Part shown: positions 1-10,717 of the stretch, one piece after another
How positions within the stretch are numbered: the stretch's first letter is position 1
How the letters are laid out: each line of letters opens with the position of its first letter
Assembly: GCA_965200965.1 (NCBI GenBank)
Contig: OZ241744.1
Location: 1,152,001-1,216,000, forward strand
Direction: 5' to 3'
Source: an uncultured Candidatus Binatia bacterium
GTDB lineage: Bacteria > Desulfobacterota > Binatia > Bin18
DNA: 64,000 bases
Notes under the pieces: model-generated
Databases searched by the model: none
What the model saw: the letters and a program-made list of their open reading frames with translations, nothing else
What the model was told of the DNA's origin: nothing
Made by a program: the position numbers and the translations under genes

Positions 1-2084
1 GCAAAGGCAGAGCGGGCCACCGGCGGGACCGCCACCACCGCCCGGTATCGCGCCTCAAGCAGGTCGGTGGCACGCACGCCAGCAGCCGACCACGCCAGGG
101 CAACGTGCCAGCGATCCACGCCATCGGGGGTGATCAGGCGGGCTTCAAGCGTTTGGATCGCATAGGGGGGCAGCGGATGCCGGATCAGACACGCCCCGTC
201 AAGGTGGACCCCGTAATCGGAAAAGCGGAAGGGCAGGATCTCACGGCCTGGCCCCGGCCGCCACCGGGGGCGGCCGGCAGCAGCAGCAGGGTCCACGGGC
301 ACCACATAGACCGTGAAGCGCCCCCACACATCGGCCAAGCGACAGGGGGCCTTCACCCAACTCAAGGTGGCCCCGTCCCGGTACAGGTCAAACGCCGAAC
401 GGAGCAGGGGCCGCCCGGCGGTGGTGGCCCGGTAGAGTTGCCGGTAGCGCTCGACGGTGGCCGGGTCGCTCGCGCGCACTACGAGGATGGTGTTGTTATA
501 GACTTGGCGGGTGTAGACAATGGGTGCGAAGGGGCGATCATAGTGTGCTCCCCACCCTCTGAACCCACTACTGTCCAGAGAAAAGTCCCCCTCCTCCACT
601 CCGTCGGCAAGGATGATACGACGCCGGTCCGCCTTGGGCAGGATAGCCCGGTTCATGATGTACGGAGGGATGCGGCCCCGCACTAGAGAGATGGGTGAGG
701 CGGGCTGGCGCTGGAGCAGATATTCCAGCCCCTCCCGGTACGCCGTCTCCCAGGAGTCCATCTGGTACTGCCCACGCAGGTACTCGGGCGTATTCCGGTC
801 CACCAGCCGGTTGAAATAGAGGTGCTGGTAGGGATGAAGCCCCACCATTTCGATGACCACACCGGCCAGGCCAGCCACGGCCAGGCCATGGACACCGGCC
901 CGCAGGGCGGGCCAGCGGCACATGCCAGCCAGCCGCCGCAGACCAGCCACAGCCAGCAGACACAGCGGGGCGTAGAGGAAATACATCTGCTGCCAACCGT
1001 TGTAGACGCTGGCATTGAGGACGATGACAGCCCCAACGGGCAGGAGCACACAGGCCACGAGCAGCCCCTCAAAACGGGTGGTGGGGTTGCGGAGCAACTC
1101 GCCGGGGTGGGTCAGAGTCTGCCAGAGCACGCCAGCCGCCCCGATGAGGCTCAGCAGCAGCACGCCCGGCGGGGTGGTGATGGCCAGCCAGGTCGGAATG
1201 TAGTGCGCCGGAAGGTCCGGCCAGCGGATGACCTCGCCTTGAAAGAGCATAGGAGGACGGGTAGGGTGCTGGGAGAGGACTGCAATCGCGTCAAGCAGTT
1301 CCAGCGGATTGCCCCACAGATAGGGCGAGACCGCATACAGCGTCAAGACACCGGCCAGCCCGAACACCCCCAGCGTCCTCCCCACCTGCCGCCGTTCCGC
1401 CCGACTCCCCGCCCACACCCAATCCACCACCCGCATCACCACCACCGCCACAAACAATCCCCCACCCATGATGCGTAAGTTCGTTGCGACCCCCACCCCC
1501 ACCCCACACAGCGCATACGCTCCCACCCCCCCCCGCTGCCACGCCCGGTGAATCAGGGCCAGACAGCCCAGGAAGGCGACCAGGAAGGGGATGTCCTTGG
1601 TGTTGAAAAACGAGTGGGCATACAGCCGGGGATGGAGGACGAAGAGGCCGAGGGCCAGCAGGGCCAGCCAGCGGCTGCCGAACAGCCGGGAGGCCAGCCA
1701 GGCCGCGCCCCCGCCGCCGGCCAGAAAGCAGAGGTGGGTGAGCAGATGGCGGCTCAAGTAGATGGCGCGGCTGTCGGTGAGGCCGAGCAGCCGCTCAACC
1801 AGCACCAGCGGCACTTCGAAGACAACGCCGTAGTAGCGGTTGTGGGGGGAATCAGGATATGTGTGCAGGGTCTCGGTGTCGCCCAGCGCATAGGCGATTG
1901 CCGCCTGGCCGATCCCACGTTGCTGATCCCCGTCCAACCCCACCGCGTAATCGTCAAGGACGGCCAGGCCCACAACGGCCAGGACGGCCAGGGCCAGCAG
2001 GACACTGTAGGCGGCCACGAAAGCCACCGCTGCCGTGCCCCAGCCGGCCACGCCCCGGAGGACGGAGGGACGCCCGCTGGTCAT
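1..2084 (-). CDS. GT-C fold (PMT/ArnT-like) membrane glycosyltransferase, tandem copy E; 3' end runs off the window
   Basis: ATG at 2084 overlaps the TGA of copy D (ATGA). Manual translation gives LDDYAVGLDGDQQRGIGQ...NRYYGVVFE...HPRLYAHSFFNTKDIPF, collinear with the other copies. It is absent from the ORF track, consistent with no stop before the edge. Confidence 0.85.
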   Translation of the reverse strand, partial: MTSGRPSVLRGVAGWGTAAVAFVAAYSVLLALAVLAVVGLAVLDDYAVGLDGDQQRGIGQAAIAYALGDTETLHTYPDSPHNRYYGVVFEVPLVLVERLLGLTDSRAIYLSRHLLTHLCFLAGGGGAAWLASRLFGSRWLALLALGLFVLHPRLYAHSFFNTKDIPFLVAFLGCLALIHRAWQRGGVGAYALCGVGVGVATNLRIMGGGLFVAVVVMRVVDWVWAGSRAERRQVGRTLGVFGLAGVLTLYAVSPYLWGNPLELLDAIAVLSQHPTRPPMLFQGEVIRWPDLPAHYIPTWLAITTPPGVLLLSLIGAAGVLWQTLTHPGELLRNPTTRFEGLLVACVLLPVGAVIVLNASVYNGWQQMYFLYAPLCLLAVAGLRRLAGMCRWPALRAGVHGLAVAGLAGVVIEMVGLHPYQHLYFNRLVDRNTPEYLRGQYQMDSWETAYREGLEYLLQRQPASPISLVRGRIPPYIMNRAILPKADRRRIILADGVEEGDFSLDSSGFRGWGAHYDRPFAPIVYTRQVYNNTILVVRASDPATVERYRQLYRATTAGRPLLRSAFDLYRDGATLSWVKAPCRLADVWGRFTVYVVPVDPAAAAGRPRWRPGPGREILPFRFSDYGVHLDGACLIRHPLPPYAIQTLEARLITPDGVDRWHVALAWSAAGVRATDLLEARYRAVVAVPPVARSAF

Positions 2085-4558
2085 TGAGGGACTCCCGGCA
2101 GGGGCCGCCCCGCCTCGCCTCGCTCCGGCAACGCCACATCCACCGCCCAGCCCCGGCCCGCCTCAGCGACCTGCCCGGTGCGGAGCCGTGCCAGAGGATA
2201 GGAGGGCAGTTGTACCGTCACCAGACACTTGTCAGCAAACCGCGCCGCCTGCTGTACATGCGAAATGTCATGCCGCCACCAGTCAAAACCGAAATCCAGG
2301 ACCGCAAACCCCAAGGACCGCTGCGCAGCGGCCAGCACCGCCCGGTCCCGGGGGAAGACCTCCAGGAAGAAGCGCCCCCGCGTGTCCGCCCACTGACACC
2401 CCTCTTTGACATACGTCAGGGTCCGCCCCTCCAGGTACAGAGCAAAGGCGGAACGGGCTACCGGCGGGGCCGCCACCACCGCCCGGTATCGCACCTCAAG
2501 CAGGTCGGTGGCGCGCACGCCAGCAACCGACCACGCCAGGGCGACGCGCCAGCGATCCACGCCCCCGGGGGCGATCAGGCGGGCTTCAAGGGTTTGGATC
2601 GCATAGGGGGGCAGCGGGGGCCGGAGCAGACACGCTCCGTCAAGGCGGACCCCGTAATCGGAAAAGTCGAAATGCAGGATCTCACGGCCTGCCCCCGGCC
2701 GCCACCCGGGGCGGCCGGCAGCGGCAGCGGGGTCCAAGGGCACGACATAGACCACGAAGCGCCCCCGCATATCGGCCGGGCGACAGGGGGCCTTCACCCA
2801 GGTCAGGGTGCTCCCCTCCAGGTACAGGTCAAACGCCGAGCGCAGCAGGGGCGGCCCGGCGGTGGCGGCCCGGTAGAGTTGCCGGTAGCGCTCGACGGTG
2901 GCCCCGTCCACCACGGCCGGGTCGATCGCGCGTACTGTAAAGATGGTGTTGTTGTAGACTTGGCGGGTGTAGACAATGGGTGCGGAGGGGAGCTCAAGCC
3001 CGTTGCCCCACACGTCAAACACACGACTGGTCACATAAAAGTCCCCCTCCTCCTCTATTCCGTCGGCAAAGACGAGGCGACGCCGGGCTGCCTTGGGCAG
3101 GATAGCCCGGTTCATGATGTACTTGAAGCTGTGACTGCCGCTGGAATGGCTCGACAGCAGAGAGATGGGTGAGGCGGGATAGTGCTGGAGCAGATATTCC
3201 AGCCCCTCCCGGTACGCCGTCTCCGAATGGTCCATTTCGTACTGCCCACGCAGGTACTCGGGCGTGTGCCGGTCCACCAACCGGTTGAAATAGATCTGCT
3301 GATGAGGATGAAGCCCAACCATTTCGATGACCATGCCAGCCACGCCAGCCACGGCCAAGCCATAGACACCGGCCCGCAGGGCGGGCCAGCGGCACACGCC
3401 AGCCAGCCGCCGCAGACCGGCCACGGCCAGCAGACACAGCGGGGCGTAGAGGAAATACATCTGCCGCCAGCCATTGTAGACGCTGGCATTGAGGACGATG
3501 ACGGCCCCAACGGGCAGGAGCACACAGGCCACGAGCAGCCCCTCAAAGCGGGTGGTGGGGTTGCGGAGCAACTCGCCGGGGTGGGTCAGAGTCCGCCAGA
3601 GCACGCCAGCCGCCCCGATGAGGCTCAGCAGCAGCACGCCCGGCGGGGTGGTGATGGCCAGCCAGGTCGGAATGTAGTGCGCCGGAATGGCCGGCCAGCG
3701 GATGACCTCGCCTTGAAAGAGCATAGAAGGACGGGTAGGGTGCTGGCCGAGGACTGCAATCGCGTCAAGCAGTTCCAGCGGATTGCCCCACAGATAGGGC
3801 GAGACCGCATACAGCGTCAAGACACCGGCCAGCCCGAACACCCCCAGCGTCCTCCCCACCTGCCGCCGCTCCGCCCGACTCCCCGCCCGCACCCAATCCA
3901 CCACCCGCATCACCACCACCGCCACAAACAATCCCCCACCCATGATGCGTAAGTTCGTTGCGACCCCCACCCCCACCCCACACAGCGCATACGCCCCCAC
4001 CCCCCCCCGCTGCCACGCCCGGTGAATCAGGGCCAGACAGCCCAGGAAGGCCACCAGGAAGGGGATGTCCTTGGTGTTGAAAAACGAGTGGGCATACAGC
4101 CGGGGATGGAGCACGAAGAGGCCGAGGGCCAGCAGGGCCAGCCAGCGGCTGCCGAACAGCCGGGCGGCCAGCCAGGCCGCCCCCCCGCCGCCGGCCAGAA
4201 AGCACAGGTGGGTGAGCAGATGGCGGCTCAAGTAGATGGCGCGGCTGTCGGTGAGACCCAGCAGCCGCTCAACCAGCACCAGCGGTACTTCGAAGACAAC
4301 GCCGTAGTAGCGGTTGAAGGGAAGACCGGGGGGGACGCGCAGGGTCTCGGTCTCGCCCAGCGCATAGGCGATTGCCGCCTGGCCGATCCCACGTTGCTGA
4401 CCCTCGTCCCACGTCACCCCGTAATCGTCAAGGACGGCCAGGCCCACCACAACCAGGATCGCCAAGGCCAGCAGGACACTGTGAGCGGCCACGAAGGCCA
4501 CCGCCTCCATGCCCCAGCCGGCCACGGACCGGACGACAGAGGGACGCCCGCTGGTCAT
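2081..4558 (-). CDS. GT-C fold membrane glycosyltransferase, tandem copy D (825 aa), two C-terminal Cys-paired modules
   Basis: ORF 2081..4702, restarted at MTSGRPSV (ATG 4558, ATGA overlap, GGGAG SD). Multi-TM N-terminal half with DDYGVTWDE (canonical DE motif) and HPRLYAHSFFNTKD. Confidence 0.88.
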   Translation of the reverse strand: MTSGRPSVVRSVAGWGMEAVAFVAAHSVLLALAILVVVGLAVLDDYGVTWDEGQQRGIGQAAIAYALGETETLRVPPGLPFNRYYGVVFEVPLVLVERLLGLTDSRAIYLSRHLLTHLCFLAGGGGAAWLAARLFGSRWLALLALGLFVLHPRLYAHSFFNTKDIPFLVAFLGCLALIHRAWQRGGVGAYALCGVGVGVATNLRIMGGGLFVAVVVMRVVDWVRAGSRAERRQVGRTLGVFGLAGVLTLYAVSPYLWGNPLELLDAIAVLGQHPTRPSMLFQGEVIRWPAIPAHYIPTWLAITTPPGVLLLSLIGAAGVLWRTLTHPGELLRNPTTRFEGLLVACVLLPVGAVIVLNASVYNGWRQMYFLYAPLCLLAVAGLRRLAGVCRWPALRAGVYGLAVAGVAGMVIEMVGLHPHQQIYFNRLVDRHTPEYLRGQYEMDHSETAYREGLEYLLQHYPASPISLLSSHSSGSHSFKYIMNRAILPKAARRRLVFADGIEEEGDFYVTSRVFDVWGNGLELPSAPIVYTRQVYNNTIFTVRAIDPAVVDGATVERYRQLYRAATAGPPLLRSAFDLYLEGSTLTWVKAPCRPADMRGRFVVYVVPLDPAAAAGRPGWRPGAGREILHFDFSDYGVRLDGACLLRPPLPPYAIQTLEARLIAPGGVDRWRVALAWSVAGVRATDLLEVRYRAVVAAPPVARSAFALYLEGRTLTYVKEGCQWADTRGRFFLEVFPRDRAVLAAAQRSLGFAVLDFGFDWWRHDISHVQQAARFADKCLVTVQLPSYPLARLRTGQVAEAGRGWAVDVALPERGEAGRPLPGVPQ

Positions 4559-7005
4559 TGAGAGACTCCCGGCAGAGGTCGCCCAGCCCCGCCTCGCTCC
4601 GGCAACGCCACGTCCACCGCCCAGCCCCCGCCCGCCCCAGCGACCTGCCCGGTGCGGAGACGCGCCAGAGGATAGGCGGGCAGCCGCACCGTCGCCAGAC
4701 ACTTGTCAGCAAACCGCGCCGTCTGCTGTACATGCGAAATGTCATGCCGCCACCAGTCAAAACCGAAATCCAGGACCGCAAACCCCAAGGACCGCTGCGC
4801 AGCGGCCAGCACCGCCCGGTCCCGGGGAAAGACATGCAGGAAGAAGCGCCCCCGCGTGTCCGCCCGCTGACACCCCGCTTTGACATACGTCAGGGTCCGC
4901 CCGTCCAGGTAGAGGGCAAAGGCGGAGCGGGCCACCGGCGGGGCCGCCACCACCGCCCGGTACCGCGCCTCAAGCAGGTCGGTCGCACGCACGCCAGCAG
5001 CCGACCACGCCAGGGCAACGTGCCAGCGATCCACGCCCCCGGGGGTGATCAGGCGGGCTTCAAGCGTTTGGATCGCATAGGGGGGCAGCGGATGCCGGAT
5101 CAGACACGCCCCGTCAAGGTGGACCCCGTAATCGGAAAAGCGGAAGGGCAGGATCTCACGGCCTGGCCCCGGCCGCCACCGGGGGCGGCCGGCAGCAGCA
5201 GCAGGGTCCACGGGTACCACATAGACCACGAAGTGCCCCCGCACATCGGCCGGCCGACAGGGGGCCTTCACCCAGCTCAAGGTGGCCCCGTCCAAGTACA
5301 GGTCGAACTCTGAGCGGAGGAGGGGCGGCCCGGCTGTTGCAACCCGGTAGAACTGCCGGTAGCGCTCGACGGTGGCCGGGTCGCTCGCGCGCACTACGAG
5401 GATGGTGTTGTTGTAGACTTGGCGGGTGTAGATAATGGGTGCGAAGGGGCGATCATAGCGTGCTTCCCACCCTCTGAACCCACTATTGTGCAGAGAAAAG
5501 TCCCCCTCCTCCATTCCGTCGGCAATGACGAGGCGACGCCGGTCCGCCTTGGGCAGGATAGCCCGGTTCATGGTGTACGGATGGATGTCGTTGGGATGCT
5601 CCGGCACTAGAGAGACAGGTGAGGCGGGATAGCGCCGGAGCAGATATTCCAGCCCCTCCCGGTGCGCTGTCAGCCAGTAGTCCATGCCGTACTGCCCACG
5701 CAGGTACTCGGGCGTGTGCCGGTCCACCAGCCGGTTGAAATAGAGGTGCTGGTAGGGATGAAGCTCAACCATTTCGATGACCACACCAGCCAGGCCAGCC
5801 ACGGCCAAGCCATAGACACCGGCCCGCAGGGCTGGCCAGCGGCACACGCCAGCCAGCCGCCGCAGACCAGCCACAGCCAGCAGACACAGCGGGGCGTAGA
5901 GGAAATACATCTGCCGCCAGCCGTCGTAGACATTGGTATTCAGGACGATGACGGCCCCAACGGGCAGGAGCACGCAGGCCACGAGCAGGCCCTCAAAGCG
6001 GGTGGTGGGGTTGCGGAGCAACTCGCCGGGGTGGGTCAGAGTCTGCCAGAGCACGCCAGCCGCCCCGATGAGGCTCAGCAGCAGCACGCCCGGCGGGGTG
6101 GTGATGGCCAGCCAGGTCGGAATGTAGTGGGCCGGAATGGCCGGCCAGCGGATGAGTTCGCCTTGAAAGAGCATAGGAGAACGGAGAGGGTGCTGGGAGA
6201 GAACTGCAATCGCGTCAAGCAACTCCAAGGGATTGCCCCACAGATAGGGCGAGACCGCATACAGCGTCAAGACACCGGCCAGCCCGAACACCCCCAGCGT
6301 CCTCCCCACCTGCCGCCGCTCCGCCCGATTTCCCGCCCGCACCCAATCCACCACCCGCATCACCACCACCAGCACAAACAATCCCCCGCCCATGATGCGT
6401 AAGTTCGTTGCGACCCCCACCCCCACCCCACACAGCGCATACGCTCCCACCCCCCCCCGCTGCCACGCCCGGTGAATCAGGGCCAGACAGCCCAGGAAGG
6501 CGACCAGGAAGGGGATGTCCTTGGTGTTGAAAAACGAGTGGGCATACAGCCGGGGATGGAGGACGAAGAGGCCGAGGGCCAGCAGGGCCAGCCAGCGGCT
6601 GCCGAACAGCCGGGCGGCCAGCCAGGCCGCGCCCCCACCGCCCGCCAGAAAGCACAGGTGGGTGAGCAGATGGCGGCTCAAGTAGATGGCGCGGCTGTCG
6701 GTGAGACCCAGCAGCCGCTCAACCAGCACCAGCGGTACTTCGAAGACGACACCGTAGTAGCGGTTGTGGGGGGGACCGGGGGGGCGCAGGGTCTCGGTGT
6801 CGCCCAGCGCATAGGCGATTGCCGTCTGGCCTCTCCCACGTCGCAACTCCCCGTCCACCCCCACCCCGTAATCGTCAAGGACGGCCAGACCCACCACGGC
6901 CAGCACCGCCAGGGCCAGCAGGACACTGTGGCGGGCCACGAAGGCCACCGCCGCTGTGCCCCAGCCGGCCACGCCCCGGAGGACGGAGGGACGCCCGCTG
7001 CTCAT
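4555..7005 (-). CDS. GT-C fold membrane glycosyltransferase, tandem copy C (816 aa)
   Basis: ORF 4555..7005, near-identical to copies A, B, D and E; first loop reads DDYGVGVDGE. Confidence 0.88.
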   Translation of the reverse strand: MSSGRPSVLRGVAGWGTAAVAFVARHSVLLALAVLAVVGLAVLDDYGVGVDGELRRGRGQTAIAYALGDTETLRPPGPPHNRYYGVVFEVPLVLVERLLGLTDSRAIYLSRHLLTHLCFLAGGGGAAWLAARLFGSRWLALLALGLFVLHPRLYAHSFFNTKDIPFLVAFLGCLALIHRAWQRGGVGAYALCGVGVGVATNLRIMGGGLFVLVVVMRVVDWVRAGNRAERRQVGRTLGVFGLAGVLTLYAVSPYLWGNPLELLDAIAVLSQHPLRSPMLFQGELIRWPAIPAHYIPTWLAITTPPGVLLLSLIGAAGVLWQTLTHPGELLRNPTTRFEGLLVACVLLPVGAVIVLNTNVYDGWRQMYFLYAPLCLLAVAGLRRLAGVCRWPALRAGVYGLAVAGLAGVVIEMVELHPYQHLYFNRLVDRHTPEYLRGQYGMDYWLTAHREGLEYLLRRYPASPVSLVPEHPNDIHPYTMNRAILPKADRRRLVIADGMEEGDFSLHNSGFRGWEARYDRPFAPIIYTRQVYNNTILVVRASDPATVERYRQFYRVATAGPPLLRSEFDLYLDGATLSWVKAPCRPADVRGHFVVYVVPVDPAAAAGRPRWRPGPGREILPFRFSDYGVHLDGACLIRHPLPPYAIQTLEARLITPGGVDRWHVALAWSAAGVRATDLLEARYRAVVAAPPVARSAFALYLDGRTLTYVKAGCQRADTRGRFFLHVFPRDRAVLAAAQRSLGFAVLDFGFDWWRHDISHVQQTARFADKCLATVRLPAYPLARLRTGQVAGAGGGWAVDVALPERGGAGRPLPGVSQ

Positions 7006-10000
7006 TGAGGGACGCCCGGCAGGGGCCGCCCCGGCCCGCCTCGCTCCGGCAACGCCACGTCCACCGCCCAGCCCCCGCCCGCCTCAGCGACCTGCCCGGT
7101 GCGCAGCCGTGCCAGAGGATAGGAGGGCAGTTGTACCGTCGCCAGACACTTGTCAGCAAACCGCGCCGCCTGCTGTACATGCGGCATGGCGTGCCACCCG
7201 TCAAAACCGAAATCCAGGACCGTAAACCCCAAGGACCGCCGCGCAGCGGCCAGCACCGCCCGGTCCCGGGGGAAGACCTCCAGGAAGAAGAGCCCTTGCG
7301 TGTCCGCCCGCTGACACCCCGCTTTGACATACGTCAAGGTCCGCCCCTCCAGGTAGAGGGCAAAGGCAGAGCGGGCCACCGGCGGGGCCGCCACCACCGC
7401 CCGGTACCGTGCCTAAGCAGGTCGGTCGTGCGCACGCCAGCAGCCGACCACGCCAGGGCAACGTGCCAGCGATCCACGCCCTCGAGGGTGATCACACGGG
7501 CTTCAAGCGTTTGGATCGCATACGGGGGCAGCGGATGCCGGAGCAGACACGTCCCGTCAAGGGAGGCCCCGTAATCGGCAAAGCGGAAGGGCAGGATCTC
7601 ACGGCCTGCCCCCGGCCGCCACCGGGGGCGACCGGCAGCAGCAGCGGGGTCCACGGGCACCACATAGACCACGAAGCGCCCCTGCACATCGGCCGGCCGG
7701 CAGGGGGCCTTCACCCAACTCAAGGTGGCCCCCTCCCGGTACAGGTCAAACGCCGAGCGGAGCAGGGGCCGCCCCGCGGTGGTGGCCCGGTAGAGTTGCC
7801 GGTAGCGCTCGGCGGTGGCCCCGTCCACCGGGTCAAGCACGCGCTCGGTCGCAGTCACCCCAGCAGGGGTCCACTCAATGTCGACGTGCAGGCGCTCTAT
7901 GTCCCCGGGGGCGACCATGTGGACTTCAAGGGCCCGAATCGCATAGGGGGGCAGCGGACGCCGGAGCAGACACGTCCCGTCAAGGTAGGCCCCGTAATCG
8001 GAGAAGTCGAAATGCAGGATCTCACGGCCTGCCCCCGGCCGCCACCCGGGGCGGCCGGCAGCGGCAGCAGGGTCCACGGGTATGACATCGACCGCGAAGC
8101 GCCCCTGCACATCGGCCGGCCGGCAGGGGGCCTTCACCCAACTCAAGGTGGCCCCCTCCAGGTACAGGTCAAACGCCGAGCGGAGCAGGGGCCGCCCGGC
8201 GGTGGTGGCCCGGTAGAGTTGCCGGTAGCGCTCGGCGGTGGCCGCCACCACCGGGTTAAGCACGCGCTCGGTCGCAGTCACCCCAGCAGGGGTCCACTCA
8301 ATGTCGACGTGCAGGCGCTCTATGTCCCCGGGGGCGACCATATGGACTTCCAGGGCCCGGATCGCATAGGGGGGCAGCGGATGCCGGAGCAGACACGTCC
8401 CGTCAAGGTAGGCCCCGTAATCGGAGAAGTCGAAATGCAGGATCTCACGGCCTGCCCCCGGCCGCCACCCGGGGCGGCCGGCAGCAGCAGCAGGGTCCAC
8501 GGGTATGACATCGACCGTGAAACGCCCCTGCACATCGGCCAAGTTACAGGGGGCCTTCACCCAGCTCAAGGTGGCCCCCTCCCGGTACAGGTCAAACGCC
8601 GAGCGGAACAGGGGCGGCCCGGCGGTGGTGGCCCGGTACAGTTGCCGGTAGCGCTCGGCGGTGGCCGCATCCACCGGGTCAGGCACGCGCTCGGTCGCAG
8701 TCACCCCAGCAGGGCTCCACCCAATGTCGACGTGCCAGTCAATGTCGACGTGCCAGTGATCTGCTCTCCCTTTCCCGGGGGTGATCAGGCGGACTTCAAG
8801 GGCGTGGATCGGATAGGGGGGCAGCGGGTGCCGGAGCAGGCACGCCCCGTCAACGCGGACCCCGTAATCGAAAAAGTCGAAATGCAGGACCTCAGCGGCA
8901 GCGGGGTCCACGGGCACGACATGGACCACGAAGCGCCCCTGCATATCGGCCGGCCGGCAGGGGGCCTTCACCCAACTCAGGGTGCTCCCGTCCAGGTACA
9001 GGTCAAACACCGAGCGGAGCAGGGGTGGCCCCGCGGTGGTGGCCCGGTAGAGTTGCCGGTAGCGCTCGGCGGTGGCCGCATCCACCACGGCCGGGTCGAT
9101 CGCGCTCACCGTGAAGATGGTGTTGTTGTAGACTTGGCGGGCGTAGACAATGGGTACGAAGGAGCGATCACGGCTCTTGTCCCACGGGTTGGACATGTGC
9201 TCGGTCACATGAAAGTCCCCCTCCTCCTCCTCCACTCCGTCGGCAAGGATGATGCGACGCCGGGCTGCCTTGGGCAGGATAGCCCGGTTCATGATGTCCG
9301 GAGAGATGCGGTCCGGCACTAGAGAGATGGGTGAGGCCGGATAGCGTTGAAGCAGATATTCCAGCCCCTCCCGGTACGCCATCCGCCAGGGGTCCATGTC
9401 ATACTGCCCACGCAGATACTCGGGCGTACTCCGGTCCACCAGCCGGTTGAAATAGAGGTGCTGGTAGGGATGAAGCCCAACCATTTCGATGACCACGCCA
9501 GCCAGGCCAGCCACGGCCAAGCCATAGACACCGGCCCGCAGGGCCGGCCAGCGGCATACGCCAGCCAGCCGCCGCAGACCAGCCACGGCCAGCAGACACA
9601 GCGGGGCGTAGAGGAAATACATCTGCCGCCAGCCGTCGTAGACATTGGCATTGAGGACGATGACGGCCCCAACGGGCAGGAGCACGCAGGCCACGAGCAG
9701 GCCCTCAAAGCGGGTGGTGGGGTTGCGGAGCAACTCGCCGGGGTGGGTCAGAGTCCGCCAGAGCACGCCAGCCGCCCCGATGAGACTCAGCAGCAGCACG
9801 CCCGGCGGGGTGGTGATGGCCAGCCAGGTCGGAATGTAGTGCGCCGGAAGGTACGGCCAACTGATGAACTCGCCTTGAAAGAGCATAGTAGGACGGGTAG
9901 GGTGCTGGCCGAGGACTGCAATCGCGTCAAGCAATTCCAAGGGATTGCCCCACAGATAGGGCGAGACCGCATACAGCGTCAAGGCACTGGCCAGCCCGAA

Positions 10001-10717
10001 CACCCCCAGCGTCCTCCCCACCTGCCGCCGTTCCGCCCGACTCCCCACTCGCACCCAATCCACCACCCGCATCACCACCACCGCCACAAACAATCCCCCG
10101 CCCATGATGCGTAAGTTCGTTGCGACCCCCACCCCCACCCCACACAGCGCATACGCTCCCACCCCCCCCCGCTGCCACGCCCGATGAATCAGGGCCAGAC
10201 AGCCCAGGAAGGCCACCAGGAAGGGAATGTCCTTGGTGTTGAAAAACGAGTGGGCATACAGCCGGGGATGGAGCACGAAGAGGCCGAGGGCCAGCAGGGC
10301 CAGCCAGCGGCTGCCGAACAGCCGGGAGGCCAGCCAGGCCGCGCCCCCGCCGCCGGCCAGAAAGCAGAGGTGGGAGAGCAGATGGCGGCTCAAGTAGATG
10401 GCGCGGCTGTCGGTGAGACCCAGCAGCCGCTCAACCAGCACCAGCGGCACTTCGAAGACAACGCCGTAGTAGCGGTTGTGGGGGGGACTGGGGGGGCGCA
10501 GGGTCTCGGTGTCGCCCAGCGCATAGGCGACTGCCGCCTGGCCGATCCCACGTTGACCCGGATCGTCCCGCCCCACCCCGTAATCGTCAACAACGGCCAG
10601 ACCCACCACGGCCAGGACGGCCAGGGCCAGCAGGACACTGTGGCGGGCCACGAAGGCCACCGCCGCCGTGCCCCAGCTGGCCACGGACCGGGGAACAGAG
10701 GGACGCCCGCTGGTCAT
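7002..10717 (-). CDS. GT-C fold membrane glycosyltransferase, tandem copy B, with expanded C-terminal modules and a 1-nt frameshift near 7414
   Basis: ORFs 7334..10717 (1127 aa) and 7002..7397 together match the paralogs. The plus strand reads gcctaagcag at 7411-7420, where the other copies read gcctcaagcag. Confidence 0.85.
7420..9085 (-). repeat. Intragenic tandem repeat of a ~423-bp (141 aa) module, 4 copies (one shortened)
   Basis: ATAERYRQLYRATTAG-P-L-RS-FDLY...WVKAPC...GRF...DYG..LDG-CLLR-PLPPY occurs 4 times. Matching shadow ORFs have their high-coordinate ends at 7689, 8112 and 8535 (period 423). Confidence 0.9.
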
